A DNA stretch of 64,000 nt from Callorhinchus milii (GCF_018977255.1 NW_024704743.1:68760001-68824000); one strand, 5' to 3'; numbered from the stretch's first letter, positions 11,743-26,414 are shown. The notes: a model not told the origin generated them from the letters alone. Numbers and translations: made by a program.

Positions 11743-14700
11743 CACAGATTAGCACAATTAGCACAGATTTAACAATCTGTTTCCACTTTGGTAAAGTTTA
11801 ACAAAGGATCAATTGGCCTGAAAAACTAAAACGACCATTAGGATATCTGGAACATCCACTAATTAAACTTTTTAATTGTCAGTTTATTAGCTGTCAGAAC
11901 CATTCTCGGTGAAACCTATTTCAGTAATACTGTAATTAAAAGCTTAAATCTACAGCACGGAATGATGAGTTGAGTGTGGAACTGAAGTCCACCATGAAAA
12001 GTACACATTCCAATGACACCTTTGTAATGTGTTTCTTCTTTTGCATCTGTCATAACATTAGGTCCGCAATGTTAAAATAGTAATAATAATAAAAACCTCT
12101 TGGATGGACGGAAACCTTCATGTCTGTTACTCCCTAAAAAATTCCCCTACCCCCTCCCCAAAAAAGTGTGGATTAATAGCTATGAAAATGGACCAAAAGT
12201 AGATAAAAGTTAGAAATTGGGTAGTGCACATAGATATTTGTTTGGGACCTGATGGGTCAAGCAGAGCTAAATGCAGTTTATACAATGATGTTTATATTTT
12301 GTGAGAAGACAATCTTCTGGAATGAACCAGGACCACAAACCGAGATGAAACGTGGAAGAAAATGAATATAACTTTTACACTTTGCTGATGACAGCATTTC
12401 ACAGATAACCATAGGGTGTGGGCAGACTGCATAGAAAGTATTACTTGCACTTGCAGCTGGATTCTTCCAGGCTCTATCTTCTGCCATTGCCAACACTGCT
12501 GCTGCTGCCAACAGCTGAATGCTCAGTGGTGGCAATTTATTGTAAGTGTGGTCGTATGCTTCATTTGCAGAACCTTTGTTTCTTATTGTCACTACTCAAA
12601 TAATGTTTGGATCCAGTACAAAAGGCCTGGAAATTCTGATATTCAAGCACGACTCCCAGTCTGCGATATCATTACTGTGCCAGTGGTCGCTTACAGTTCA
12701 GTAGTTACTGTACCATAAAAGCAGAAACATTTGCAAGGACCGAGCTAGATCAGCCGGGTGTCTGATACATGTGGAAACCTATCACCTATCACCATGCTTA
12801 AACAATGACTGTCCAGCGCCTTGGGACGTCCTCCCTACTTGAAAGGTGTGATACAAATGTAATTTTGTTGTTAAGAGTATCCAAACCAAGCTGAGATTTC
12901 CATGCATCCCACCTACACATGGAAATCCCAGAGATAAATTGTTGTAATGGAATGCACACTCTCTCCCTGGAGGGACGTACCCTGCTTACCTAATTCCAGA
13001 ATGTATTAGGCGCAAATTGGCAAGAACCATGGCTTGGGGACACCAGAGTGTGTGTTGGGGTACTGCTGGAATCTAAGCAGCTAAAACCAAAAAGCTTGCC
13101 TTTGAGGGCACTGGCTGGCAAGCTTTCCTGCTTCTTGTCCAGCTAGGAATATCCTGCCTGTTAAGGCTTTGGCTTGCAGTGCTAACAGGAGCTGAGTGGA
13201 AGGATTTCATGCCCCCAGTGACTGGTCTGCCCTTCCAATTCCTGCCGATGAACCAGATTGATTGTGCTGTCCACCTGGCTCAGGAAAAGAACTCCCGAGA
13301 TTGCCACAGGTTAGTTCTATATAGGCTTAATCAGCTAGGAATTGAACACATTTACTGTTATTTAATATATAGGAGAATATTATTAAGACATTCAAGTACT
13401 CCGAAAATCCCAAAGCAGGCTGACAAAAGTGTATATGTTAACAACTTAGCAATGATTCCTGCTTTCTGAATAACATCTGTATTTAGTATAACACAATATC
13501 ATGTCAATATGCTTCTTACAATGAACTGTTACAATGGTTTTTGTAATTTAGGAAAATTCCACCTGAATCTAGATTTACTCTATTGATGTAGTATTTCAGA
13601 AAGTACAGAATTCTCCAAATTCTTAATTTTGAAGCTGTCTTTCTCTAAGAACCACAGCAAACTGACTTCAAAGGTAAGACTGAATGCAACAATTTGACAA
13701 ACTCAAGAGGCTTGAAAATGCGACATGAATAGGGTAAGTCTCTGGACCTACTCCTTGCACTTTTGGCTCTATGAACAAAAAGGATGATTTTGCATAACAG
13801 GTAATTCCAGACATAAATATATCACTAGATCTTGTCTTTTCAAGCAATCAGTCATTTCATCCCAGTGACAGCTATGATTGTTTAGATGAGAAATACAGTA
13901 CCTCAGGTGTGATGTGTATAATGAGAGCTCTGATACATTGCTAATGTGATTCAATCCACCCTAAGACATTCCCCCCACCCTTGTATCATAAACACTTCCA
14001 ATATTTAACTTTGGAACATTAGCTGTAAAATTGACAATGTTACATAAACTGAGGGAATCATGAATATTTTTGGTGAAATTCTGTTTAAAAAAAATTAAAA
14101 GGGGGGGTAGGAAATTATTCTTTACATTGTGGGTTGTTGAATGTGTAATTTTATCTTCCCCCAATCTGTTTTCGAGGCAAAGTCTATTAATACTTGAAAA
14201 GGAAATTAATAATATTAAATAATTATTCATAATAATCCTTGCATTTGTAGATAAATCCATGAAAAGAGGAATACTGATGTTGTATCTGGAACCAGCAGAA
14301 GAGTGAAAGTAGATTAGGTGGTTCATGTAGAGGAAAAGACCCACGCAGACTGGCCTGTTTCTTTCTTAATATTTTAACATTCTCCGAATGTAAATTTCTG
14401 CACAGCTTGCTCACTCGCTCTTTCCTCAGTCAGCTCCACTGACTCCCATCCCCCAGCAGATCAAATTCTCATCCTCACTTTCAAATGCCTCCATTACCTC
14501 ACCTCGCTGCTTCATGTCTTTCTGCACCTCCATCTGTCAATGAGGATCCAATCATTCTATTGCTGCCTCTGAAACAGCATCCCAGGGTCTTCCCCATCTT
14601 CAAAACTGGTTTCAACCCTTCTCCCCCACCCACCCAGCTTGGGTCCCAGTCAGTGCTTTGCAACTTGCAACCTACGTGAAAGATACTATATAAATGTACT

Positions 14701-15776
14701 TTGATGTTAATGTTGCACTGTCTGTCATTATTCTATGAAGAATTATTAAAATGTTCACCTCTGTCATTTTCTCTACGGCTCTCTGATTGCATTTGGTTTA
14801 AACCATCTCAAACATACAGTTTAACCATGCGCCTCACTGCCACATCCTTTATTTTTGTCTAATCTTATTATATGGAGCACTGGGTTTCTAAATAACAATA
14901 ATAATCCTTGCATTTGACATTGTGCCTTTCAAGTCAGGAGGACGTCTTAATGTGTTTCACAGGATTTAATATAAAGTGCTGTGACAATAATTTTGTAGGC
15001 AAGTGCAGCAGGTTAGTTAAGGTTGGTGTTTACACAATTAGCACTATATATCCTACATTAAAGTATATTTTATTTGCTGTTAGTGATACATGCATTGGAT
15101 TATATTGTATTATATTGAGCCATGTGAACCATGAAAGTTTCAGATTGCAGACGATAAGAAAGCGCATTAGCAGTTTCATTCAATTCGTCAGGCTCATGCC
15201 TTTAGGTCCTACAGTGGTTAAGCTATGTAAGGTTTACTTATATAAAGAAACTCAATGTTTTAAGCTCAAATGGCCAAATTGTCCATTGATTATAATATAT
15301 TGTGCACAAGTGGCTACCACATTTTGCCCACAAATTTTAGTCAATTCACTTTATAGTATGTTCTGTGAAGTGCTTTGAGACATCTCAATGACACGATAAG
15401 GCAATATCAATTGCAAGGATCATTATTATTTATCAACCATGAAAAGAATTACCACCTAAATGCACTCATTTTTAAAATGTTAGTGCAATTAACATTTCAT
15501 TTCTCTGCTAATAAGCCAATTTATCATATTTTACTTTTCCTTCAGCAAACCTCTAGGATTTAGTGAGAAAGCACGACTGATGCAATCGTTTCCTCTCCTG
15601 ATCAAATGTTGTGAACACATTAGGAATGAACAAGGACAAGCTAATAATTGGTGTAAGCTTATCTGAATCTGATCTGTTCCATTCTATACAATAACAGAAT
15701 AGAATGAATGTGTCTCCAAACAGAGGAAATGTACTGGAATAACTGATTATAAAGTTGAGTCTTAAAGGCTACTTAC

Positions 15777-15835
15777 ATAAAATAGGTTGGATATCCTGCA
15801 TCCACGTACCAGCAGTACTTTTTGGCCGCTGTACT
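15777..15835 (-). CDS. VOPP1: VOPP1 coding exon 2 (STAAKKYCWYVDAGYPTYFI), 59 nt
   Basis: Acceptor ttatctccttAG and donor AT|GTAAGT. Matches the VOPP1 motif AKKxCWY...YPTYxI. Not in the ORF track. Confidence 0.95.
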
Positions 15836-16879
15836 CTAAGGAGATAAATAAGCCACTGTAAGTTTGGGTTGTGCAATCCAGGATTTTGTCAAGCAGTAAT
15901 CACAATAATAAAAATCCTTACATTTGATATTACAATCTATAACATCAAAAGATACTACAGGTAAATACAGTCAAGTATAGTCAATGTATATTTGTAGGCA
16001 AACATACCCACAGCAATATCCCACAAATAGTCAGGAAGTGAATGACCAATTTATCTGTGCCGATTGTTGACAATGACAATGGAAGAAACTCCCTTCTCTT
16101 TTCAAGTAGTGTCATGGGAATTCTTAACATCCGCCTAAACTGGCAGTCAGCACCTTTGATAAACATTGCATCTGAAGGAAGGCACCGCTTACAATGCAGT
16201 ACTCCTCCAAACACTGCACTGACAGCCTGGAGTGTGAGCTCAAAGTCCCAATTTGTCTTAAACCAACAATCTTCTGACCCAGAGGTGAGGGTGCTACTAA
16301 CTGAGCTAAACTAATGTACACTTAACTCAATTGTAGTTGTAGAGTACAACTGAGTGGAGTGGTCTCTGGGATCAAACGGGAGCCACTGCAAATCCTTAAT
16401 GGACAATCTGCATATCACAAGGGAATGAAAATGGTATCCAGAATTACAAATTAATTTTCAGATTAAAGATGATAAAATGTAGCACAGCCCAATTATATCT
16501 CTCATTATTGAGGATTCGGATGTAATATGGGCAGACTGTGGACTCACAGAATGCAGAAGTGCAGTACCTTACTGGCTTCCACTGCAACTACCCAGGTTCC
16601 TACATATCTTGCCCATCTTCAGATTGCTCTTCCTCTTCAACCGTGCCTACGGTCACCTCCTCCATCTCCCCAGCACATCACGCTCCTATTCTGTTTAGCA
16701 CTCTGAGATGCTACTCCCCACGAAGGGCGCTATATAAATGCCACTTATTGTTGTTGTTGTTACACATTGTACTTGGGTGCGAAAGATCCCTGGATGTCAG
16801 TGGCATCCCAGCAACTGCTGAAAATGCTTGCAAGAAGCAGTGGCCTCTGACTGGCTGTCTTTCTGCAAACCATGAGCTC

Positions 16880-17680
16880 AGTGCCACCTCTGTCCTGATC
16901 CGTACCAGGCTCCACAATCCCATCAACCCACTTCTTGCCAGTTTCCATTGGCTCCCTGTTGCAGAATGCATTGATTTCAAGATCCTCGTTCGCACTTTCA
17001 AATCTTTTCACGTCCTTGTACCTCCCCAAATCTCCGATCTGCTCTCACCCCATTCCTCTAACCGCTGCCTTTGCTCAGCTCGCTCGAGTTTTCTGCAAGT
17101 CGCTTGTGCCCTCTGCCATTGGCGTTTGTGCTTTCAGCCAATATGCTCCGAATCTCTGGAACTTCTTGCCTCAATCCGTCTGTCTTGCCTCCTGTCTGCC
17201 TGTCTTATAATAATAATAATAATCCTTGCATTTGATATAGCGCTTTTCACGTCTTCTAGACGTCCCAAAGCGCTTCACAAAATATACTGTAAAGTAAATT
17301 GACTGTATATTTATGGGCGAACGCGGCAGCCAATTGCGCACAGCAATGTCCCACAAACAGTCATAGATTGAAAATGACCGATTTATTATTGTTTTTTGTT
17401 TTGGAGGGATTATTATTAGGTGTGTGGAGTAAGGAAACTTGCCCAAGGTTTCGCCCTCTGCCTGGAATTGAACTCAGGTCTCTCGCTTGCAAAGCAAGTG
17501 CTCTAACCACTGAGCTACAGGACTCCCACACCTTCAAAGGACTTCAAAGCACACCTGAAGACTTTCCTCTTCGATCATACCTTTGATCACCTCCCATCTC
17601 TTTACAACTTGGTGTCAAACTGGGTTGTTGTTAAGCACTAAGATGAAGGGTGATATATAAATGCAAGTTGTTGTTGTTGG
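16880..17680 (+). mobile_element. L2 3' fragment split by a SINE
   Basis: HWLPVAECIDFKILVRTFKS and AFSQYAPNLWNFLP, tail aaatgcaagttgttgttg. Confidence 0.85.
17207..17526 (-). mobile_element. Full-length young SINE inserted into an L2 3' fragment
   Basis: Nearly identical to 59691-60006. The flanks at 16880-17206 and 17527-17680 are contiguous L2 sequence. Confidence 0.93.
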
Positions 17681-18705
17681 TGATGTCATCGGTGACCGTG
17701 AAGCACAGACCTGACGACACATTGTAACAAGACCATTACAACAACAACAACAACAAGATTACATTTGTATAGCGCCTTTCACGCGGGAGGACAATCTCAT
17801 TTTATGGACTTCAACCACCATGTTATAAAAGATCTGACTGCAGCAGGAATAAAATGCTTGCGTCGTTTTATTACTTTTTCATTTAGTGGAGCATTTATTC
17901 CACTTGGCCTTCTGTCCCACACCACCGCCCCCCCCCGCCTTCCACCCAAATCATTGTTAGGAAATATTGCAATTTTCACCCTGGTTTTTACTCCTAATGA
18001 ACTGATGATATCTTGAGAGAAACATTTTGAATAGGCTACTGAGCCCCACAGTAGGAGACGGAAATTCCACACTGCAAATGCACTTCACTTTCATCAGTGT
18101 CCAAAAGAGAAAGACAGGTTAACACTTTGAATGTGACACTTCATCGGAATGTTTTCCCTTTATTCTAGGGAACTGCCTTTGTTTCTGATTTTTTTTCCTT
18201 TTCCCTGAAGTGACAGTGCTACTGGAGCATACTAAATAACTGATTTTATCTCTACTGACAATAATTCACATCCCTCACACTATCAGTTTGGAATCTCCTC
18301 TGAGGCAACAGTCCCTGATGATTTCATCTACTTCAAAGGAAATATTCAAACCAGTCAGTAGAAATGGGCAGCAAAAACAAAATGATGCTCAAGTTAATTA
18401 CAATTCATTGCAACTGTATTTTAAAAGAGTTACAGACAGCGAGACAGTCTATTTAATGAGGCAGTTGAATAATGCTAATAATACTAGCATTTGATATAAT
18501 CTTATCACATCCTTGAGACGTCTAAAAGCGCTTCACAGAATATATTGTAAAATAAATTGATTGCGTATTTTTTTGGCAAAACACGGCAGCCAATTCTACA
18601 GAGCAATGTTCCACAAGCAGTCAATTTTTATATGAATTTATTTTTTGAATGGACTACAGGAGAGAGCTGTTCAAATATAGTTTTCAACACTTAGATACTT
18701 ACTGT

Positions 18706-19167
18706 GTGTCAGCCTGGCTGAGTTGGTAGCACTCTATCCTACCGAGTCTGAAGATTATGGGTTCAAGTTCCACACCAGGATTTTGAACTCATATCGTCTA
18801 GGCTGAAACATCAGTACAGGGGTAGGAGTGCACTATATAATTAAGAGATGCCGCCTTTCAAATGAGATGTTAAAAAAAATGGTCCCATCTGCCTCTTCAG
18901 GTAAACTTTTCAGATCCCAAAGCACTATATGAAAAGAGAAGAGGGTTTGTCCCGGGTTCCTGGGAACAATCTCCCTGATAAAATTAGTCATTCACTCCAT
19001 GGCTGTTGTGGATCATTGTTGTGCGCAAATTGACTGCTGTGTTCAACTGCAAAATACAATCACTACACTTTATAATAAATCCGTGAACATCCTATTCTGT
19101 GAAGTGCTTTGAGACGTCTAGAATATGTGAAAAACGCTACATAAAATACAAGGATTATTATTATTAT
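18706..19167 (+). mobile_element. Older, longer DeuSINE-like family (~450 nt), representative copy
   Basis: Head gtgtcagcctggctgagttggtagcactct...gggttcaagt, Deu-like core, same L2-type tail. Other diverged copies: ~22726-23130 (+), 36737-37170 (+), 41928-42130 (+), 49375-49670 (+), 5230-5615 (-), 6727-7225 (-), 15905-16312 (-), 27605-28017 (-), 55525-55940 (-). Confidence 0.8.
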
Positions 19168-20339
19168 ATAATAGCCTGGTTTATTTAACTAACATACAAT
19201 GAAAGAAAATTAGTCAGTATTTTATGTATTTATTTGTTTTTCCCATTTTCGCTTCTGAAATATTCTATTTCACTTCATTTATTCTAGAAATATTTTTGTA
19301 GCATTTTGCATAGAAAGTTACAAGATTGGTTCAGATGAAGAAGATCCTTTATCATTCGACTTCATCCGTCCAGAATACCCACTGTACTGTCCATCTATAA
19401 CAGCATCAAGCTGCTTTGTAAAGGAGTCCAGGAACCTGCCTCAACCACCAGCAAGCCTGCAGGTTGAGAACAAGACACTGTAGATTGCCTAGGCTGCGGC
19501 AAATGATTGTGTTTGCAGTGAAAGGATTTAGATGTGTTATGCAACTGGACAGACATAAAAAGCATCAAATTTCATGCTGAAATAAGTGAAGTGTCACACA
19601 TAGGTGGGAAAAAAATGGGATATTATTACAGAATGAATAGAATCAAATTAGACCAGGGAGACTTACAAAGGAAACTGCAGACAAATGGGATCCAAATGCT
19701 GAAGAGATTTGAGTTGCTGTTTGCAAATATCAGATTGTGAGAATTGTGCATTTTTCTCACAACAGAGACTTACAAATCCTAAGCTGTCAAAGTTCAAAAA
19801 ACGGTCAGCAAACAAACCATTGACAGGTAAAAATAGGCATTTTCTCCTTTTTCCAGACATTGATAGCTTGGGATTTATACCTTACTGTTTGCCTTGGGAC
19901 GTCTTTCCGAAGTGAAGGGTGCTATACAAGTGTAATTTGTTGTTGTTGTTCTTGGAATCTCTTGCATATCTTGCCAATCCAATATTCACAAATAGGAATT
20001 AACAACCTCCAGTTTGGGCGTATATCGCATTTTAGATCCTAATTTACAGATTTTCTTTAAAAAAACTGATAGAACGCTATGATATATAGCTATGACAGAA
20101 GTTACACGAAAACTTTATGATGCACTGATCAGACATATCTAGTTTGGTCACCATGCCACAAATAAAAATAATGCCTGAATTCTATTAGAACAATAAGACT
20201 GTTTCCAAACCAAAGAAAGATAAAGAAAGCTTTATGCAGTACTTTGAACAGAAAGATGTAAAGGATGACATGTCATCAAAGTATATAATACTTTGCCTAC
20301 AAAACTTACTTTGCTTTCAGCTACAAATAGACAGTCACT

Positions 20340-20800
20340 ACACTAGGATGATACCAGGGATGAGTAGATTGGCCTATGAGAGGGGACTAGAGGGACTGGG
20401 ACTTTTTCTGCTAGGACAAAGAAGGTTGAGGGGTGACCTGATAGAACTCTTTAAATTATGAGGGGTTTCGATACAGTCAACAGGGAGGAATTATTTCCAT
20501 TGGTCGGTGAGTCAGTAACAAGAGGGCATTAATTTAAGATGTTAGTAAATGAGCAAATGGGGAGGTAAGGAGATTTTTTTTTACACCAGAGTAGTTATGA
20601 TATGGAATTCCCTTCCTGGGGCATTGGTTGAGGCAGAATCCATATGAACCTTCAAGAGGGAACTAGATAAATACCTTAAAAGTATACGCTACAGAAAGGA
20701 CAGATAAATGAGACTAAAGGATTGCTCTTAAAGGAGCCAGCACACACACCATGAGCTGAAAGGCCTTCTTCTGTGCCATTTTTTTTTATGGTTCTATGAT
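20340..20800 (+). mobile_element. CR1 3' fragment
   Basis: RMIPGMSRLAYERGLEGLGLFLLGQRRLRGDLIELFK plus a CR1-type 3' UTR (ggccttcttctgtg). Confidence 0.85.
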
Positions 20801-23624
20801 ACATTTCAAAGAAAAAACTTGTGAAGCGCTTTGAGATATTCTGGGTACATGATAAGGCATTATATCAAATGCAAGGATTATTAATGTTATATACTAAATG
20901 GTACAGATAAGGTAAACACAGAGGTTTACTTCCAATTAGACATGAGATAAGAGAATGGGAACTGAAATGGAAATTAGTGCGTAAAGAAATTAAATTAGAT
21001 GCCAGGGAAAATGTATCAACTCAAAGAGTAATGAATGTTTTGGATAATCTACAAAAAATATTCAAAATATACCTCAACGCAATTGATGGATGAGAGCTCA
21101 TACAGTGAGCAATGCTCTTTGGTTACTGCAGCATATTTTCTCTTAACTTATTTTTTCTTCTTTAGGTTAAACTTGTTCTTGCCCAAATGCTTTATAAAGA
21201 CTGATTCTTTATAAAAAAAAGTCAAAAATTGATGAACCTTGGAAATGAAATCAATCAACCTCTACTTAGTATCCTTTCTATTCATCTATTTGTACCTGTA
21301 CATGTTCTTGTTATTTGTCTTCCAACAAAGACAAATTGAATTTTCAAGAGCAAAATTCATTCTGGTTTAAAACTCCACCCATAATAAGGACTAAGTGCTC
21401 CTACACATGAACATTAAAAAGGTGATTGAGTCAATGTACGTTTGCCTATGTCACACTATAGCATTAGCTATAATTTTCCATTACCAAGAGAACCACTCTT
21501 ATCTCTAATCTTCCTTGTGAATGCACCATCTGGTCCACACAAGGCTAGATACAGAGCAACGCTGCTATAACGTAGTTATCTGGATCCAGTGCCTCAGATT
21601 GTACATTGTGATGCAAAATAGCTGACCTCCAGCTCATCAGGTTGTTGCGTATGTCACACACACTGTCTAGTCAAGTTACTCTTGATGTTGTAATCATACA
21701 CGCCGGCCTCCTGTGCTTTAAAAAANGACTGACGTCCGGTGTGTCAGCCCTGACTTTGCACCCAAGGTGAGGTTGGGAAGTAAGGAGGGGAAACATGACT
21801 GTAGTAGTGGGCAAAGAGGGAGGAGGAGTGAGTTTGAGGGTTTCCGGGTTGGAATTCCAGAGAATGGCTGCAGATAGAAGTATACAAGCGGGGTGTGGGG
21901 TTGGGGGTACATCTGTAGGAGTGGTACCTTCAACTGTTGCTGCTTACTCCATTTGATAATTATTTTTATAACATTTTAGAAAAAAAAGGCAGATCTACAT
22001 AAAAACAACTAGTGTTTTATGTTTTTCTCACTTGTAAGAGGGCATTACCCAGAAACTCAAGCTGTGTAAGCACTAGAACAGCCGCATCGCCAGCAGTCTG
22101 CAGCGCTTCATTCAAATGACCATGGATAGCTGCAGGGCCTGAGGCTCATGATAAAAGCGATCCGTTTCCCCAGAATCCCTGTGTTTGACGGGTTGTCCTG
22201 CACAATCCGTCTCTCACTCCAAAGGCCATGAGTGGTCAACCGAAAAAATGCGTGAATAGTTCCCATTAACGTATTACTTTCAGCACCCACTGCTTTAATC
22301 CAATTCTTCTGACCTTTATGTCTCTGAAAGTACAGCAGTCATTTCTTCACTGCACTTGTGTGCATGTGTGTTTTGTATGTTCGGATAGAGAATGCTGACA
22401 TTAGTGTCTCCCATAATTATATGCCTGACTCCATGCACCACATACCTTGGCCCTGGCAGTGATGTAATCGGGTCAAACCTACTCATTGTAGAAATGCAGC
22501 TCACTGTATAAGGGTCAAAATGTCTTTTTCATCCGAACCTTTCTTGTGAATTAATAACAATAATAGTAAACCTTGTATTTAATATAGTACATTTCACCCA
22601 GGAAGATTTCCTGCTTCACAGGATTTACTGTAAAGTGTAAGTGATTCGATATTTTTGGTAGGCAACATCTTTGCTGATTCAACAGAAATTTTCAATTTCA
22701 TATCCACAAATGAATAAACTACCTTGGGTCAACCTATCTTAGTTGGTAGTATCCTAGCATCTGGATTAGAAGGTTGTGGGTTCAAGCTACAGCAGGATAT
22801 TGAACACCTAGTGCAGGACTGTGCGAGCACTGCATTGTCAGAGGTCCCATCCTTCACATGAAACATTAAACCTAGGTCCCATCCGCCTTCTCAGGTGGAT
22901 GTTAAAGATCCTGTGACACTATTCAAATGGAGAAGGGAGTTTTTTCCAATGTCCTGGCCAATAATCCTCCAGTTAAGTAAGTTGTTTACCTTGTGGCAGT
23001 TTATGGGGCATTGCTGTGTGCAAGTTGGCTGCTGTACTAGTCTATAAAATCACAGTCGACAGCAATTACCTGTGCATCACCGTGAGACATGTTGACATTA
23101 TAGGCATTATATCAAATGCAACAATTATTATTAAATGCCTTATACTGAATTTATGCTTGAGCTGTGAATTCAGATTGAAAGAGCAATTAACTTCTGGCGT
23201 GTGCAAAGTCTGGGAGAAGCTTGGGTTCTAAGGTAAAAACTTCCCACAGGAATTATCTTAAAGTAAGAAATTTTCTCAAACTGATATAAATGACAGAAGC
23301 AACTCTCTTACAAATTCAAACTGAAGCTCAATTTAATACTTTGTAATGCGTGAACTCTGTCAGGTCAGCAGAAGTGTAAATCTAGATTCTGGACCACGTT
23401 TGATTTGTACTGTCATGGCCTATCTGTGTCACAAAGGATTTGAAAGTCAGAACAGGATTTTTGAAAGGCTAAAACTACCCAAGTCACTGTGATGGAGCAA
23501 TCAGCTGTCATCAACAGGGTACGTTAGCCTGGCTCTGTGGGTAGCACGCTCGCCTTTGAGTCAGAAGGTTGTGGGTTCAAGCCGCACATTGGGACTTTGA
23601 ATTCACATTCCAAGATGATTCGTA

Positions 23625-24310
23625 GTACCAGTATCGACTACTCTATTCTTCTGCAGCACCTTTCTTCTCAGCTCCACCTTCATGGTTCTCCCAATGCCTG
23701 GTTTCACTCTTACCTTTCCCATCGTCTCCACTTTGTATCTGCTTAGAGCTTCTCCTGCAGTCCCTACACCGTCACATGCGGCGTTCCTCAGGACTCTGTC
23801 CTCAGTTCTCTCCTTTTAAGTATTGACATGCTCAAACTCGATGATGATATTCACAGACATGGGTTAACTTCCATATGTATGTGTATGACACACAACTCTA
23901 GCTATCTGCCTCCACCCTCAAAAGCATGTGCACTGCTGTCCTGAGATCAAATCCTGGGTAAGAGCAAACTTTCTCCAGTTGAACGTCGACAAGACCGTTG
24001 CCCTTCTACATGGCTCCAATCAGCGCCTCCTCATCTCAGGCACTGATAGTATCACTATTCATAGATGTAAACTCCACGTCACTGAGCCAGTATGGAACCT
24101 TGGTGTTTCTTCAACTCTCAACTGTCCTTTAAACCCCACATCTTGCCTTGACCCCATACAGCTTGTCCTCACCTCTGCAACACTGCCCACCTCCACCACT
24201 ACCTCTTCTCTTGGGCCACTGAGTTCCTTAAATCCATGCTTTCATCACATCGAGGACAACTCCCTGCTCGCCAGTCGTCCCAACTCTTCCCTCCACAAGC
24301 TACAGATTAC
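23625..24310 (+). mobile_element. Degenerate L2 RT fragment
   Basis: WFHSYLS, a GVPQ-like region (ggcgttcctcagg), IKSWVRANFLQLNVDKT, VWNLGV. Confidence 0.8.
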
Positions 24311-26414
24311 TCGGTACTCTAAGTTTAATAATTATTAATAATTCAGCCATATATATAAGTTATTTCAGTTTAGCTGCTGATTTAGATTTTTTTTTAAAAA
24401 TCAATTGGGCAAATTTATTTTATTCGTCAAACGATGAGATGTGGTGTTGTGAGGTTTCCTTCAGTACTATCTCCCTTTGAAAGGATTAGAAGCAAAGGTG
24501 AAACCTGCCTTCCGTGGGGCAAGATTCATTTCCTTTGCGCTTCTGCTCTCCTATATTGGTAAAACACAAGCTGTGAAGGTTGAGTTATAAATGAACTCCA
24601 ACTGTGTATGACCAACCACTTCTTCACTATACATTTCTAAGACAAATTGTGGGCCTACTCTCTCCAACTCCAGCAATAAACCAGTTAAACAATGACAATA
24701 GTAAATTTCCCAGGTTCAGCCTTCTTGAAGCACTGCTCCAAAACACTACCCAGCGTGAAAGGTGATATATAAATGCATGTTGTTGTTATTGTTTAAAACT
24801 TACTACAGGTAACCCCATCATATTGCTATGGTCAGGTCCATAAATTCAGCCCGCCCACTCGATAAAATGAAGCACGATAAAATGGCTGACCTCTGACTCT
24901 TTAGGTTGTCACAATATGTGCTGCTGACTTCACTTCTTTTACAAAGGGCCCAAATGGCCATTCTTGAAATGTGAGCTGAGATGAGTGGTGCTGATAATAC
25001 AGACTGAGGGTGTGTCGACACACCTCCCCTTTCTTTGTCAGTCCTTTTGGTCCATGTATTTCTGGGCCTATTCATGCACTGACTAGCCATTGGAACCTGG
25101 GAGATCGGGGATTCAGTCAGCCCTCTTGGCTGTGGCAAGCAAAGCTATTAGCTGCAGAATCTACAGAACAAATGAAAGTGCTATATTCAATTCATGGGAT
25201 CTTTGCTCTTTTCCCACTTCCTACAGGCAAGTGTCAGGTCTCTATTACCCACAGCAAAATTGAATGTAATTAACACCTCATTGTGTAAGGAATCATTGGC
25301 ACTGACCAATATCCCATGACATCTTGGTTACAGTATTCCTGATAGATGTCCTCAAGCAAAATTCTGTTTGTAATTGTGGCCTTAATATGTTTGTGAGGAA
25401 CAGAGGCCTATTGAACAATGGAGACGTCATGGTTAAACAATGGAGGCTGCCACATTTGCCCACATCAAATGCAGGCTCAGAAGGATTATTAGAACTCCAC
25501 ATAGACTAGGAAACAATTCTCAGTGTATTTCCTGATCTGAATGGCTCAGTAACATACAGCAGGCAACTCACAAAAAAGAGATAAGCCCTTCCCAATAAAA
25601 TCATAGGAACATAGGAATAAGAGTAGGCCATTCAGATCGTCGAGCCTGTTCCGTCATTCTATTAGATCATGGCTGATCTATACCTCAACTACAATTACTC
25701 ACATTTGCCACATATCCCATGATACCCTGACTTAACAAAAACCTATGCAACCTATCCTTGTAATTTAACACTTTAAGCCCTGGTATCAATTTGGTTAATC
25801 TACCCTGCACCCCATTCCTAAATCTAACTGTGATGGTGAAAGGTTTAGAATGGGCATCAGTATATGGTTACTCACATGTTCTCACATGTTCTCTTACACA
25901 TACATATACATAAACAAACACACACATTCAAACACACCACACTGGGAGATATGGGAAGCAGTTCCTTCTTTTGAAATAGCTCCAACACAGGATTATACAT
26001 TAAGGGTAATTTTGGCCCAATGAAAACAGAATCTCATAATTCTTCAAGTCAGTACAAATATGTGGCCTTGGTACTTAATTATTTATACGGACTGTTTTTC
26101 TCTGCGTACATTAAGACGTCAATCACTTTTCCTGATCTAAACTTTAAGGGAGATGCAACAGTGTTTCAGAATCATTAATGCTGCAATTCTACTCCAACAT
26201 TTTGCAAGATCAAATACAGAGGGCAAGAAATTTCTTTTGTCAAATCACAAGATTACAATTGAGGTTCAGATGAGGAAGGCCCTTTGGTCCTTTTATAATC
26301 TGAAAAGGTTGGGAGGACGTCTTAAAGCGTGTCACAGAATTTACTGTAAAATGATTTGATCTTTGTGGGTTACGGCGGTAACCAATTTGTGCACAGCAAT
26401 AACCCCCAAAAGCC

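Noticed and set aside
12278..12718. Overlapping ~100-aa ORFs in non-repetitive intron 2 sequence
   Set aside because: No recognisable protein motif or usable splice structure, and VOPP1 exons 2 and 3 already join in phase.
16538..17302. 254-aa plus-strand ORF
   Set aside because: It is a chance read-through across an L2 tail, an L2 fragment and an antisense SINE tail (IIIII from (ATA)n).
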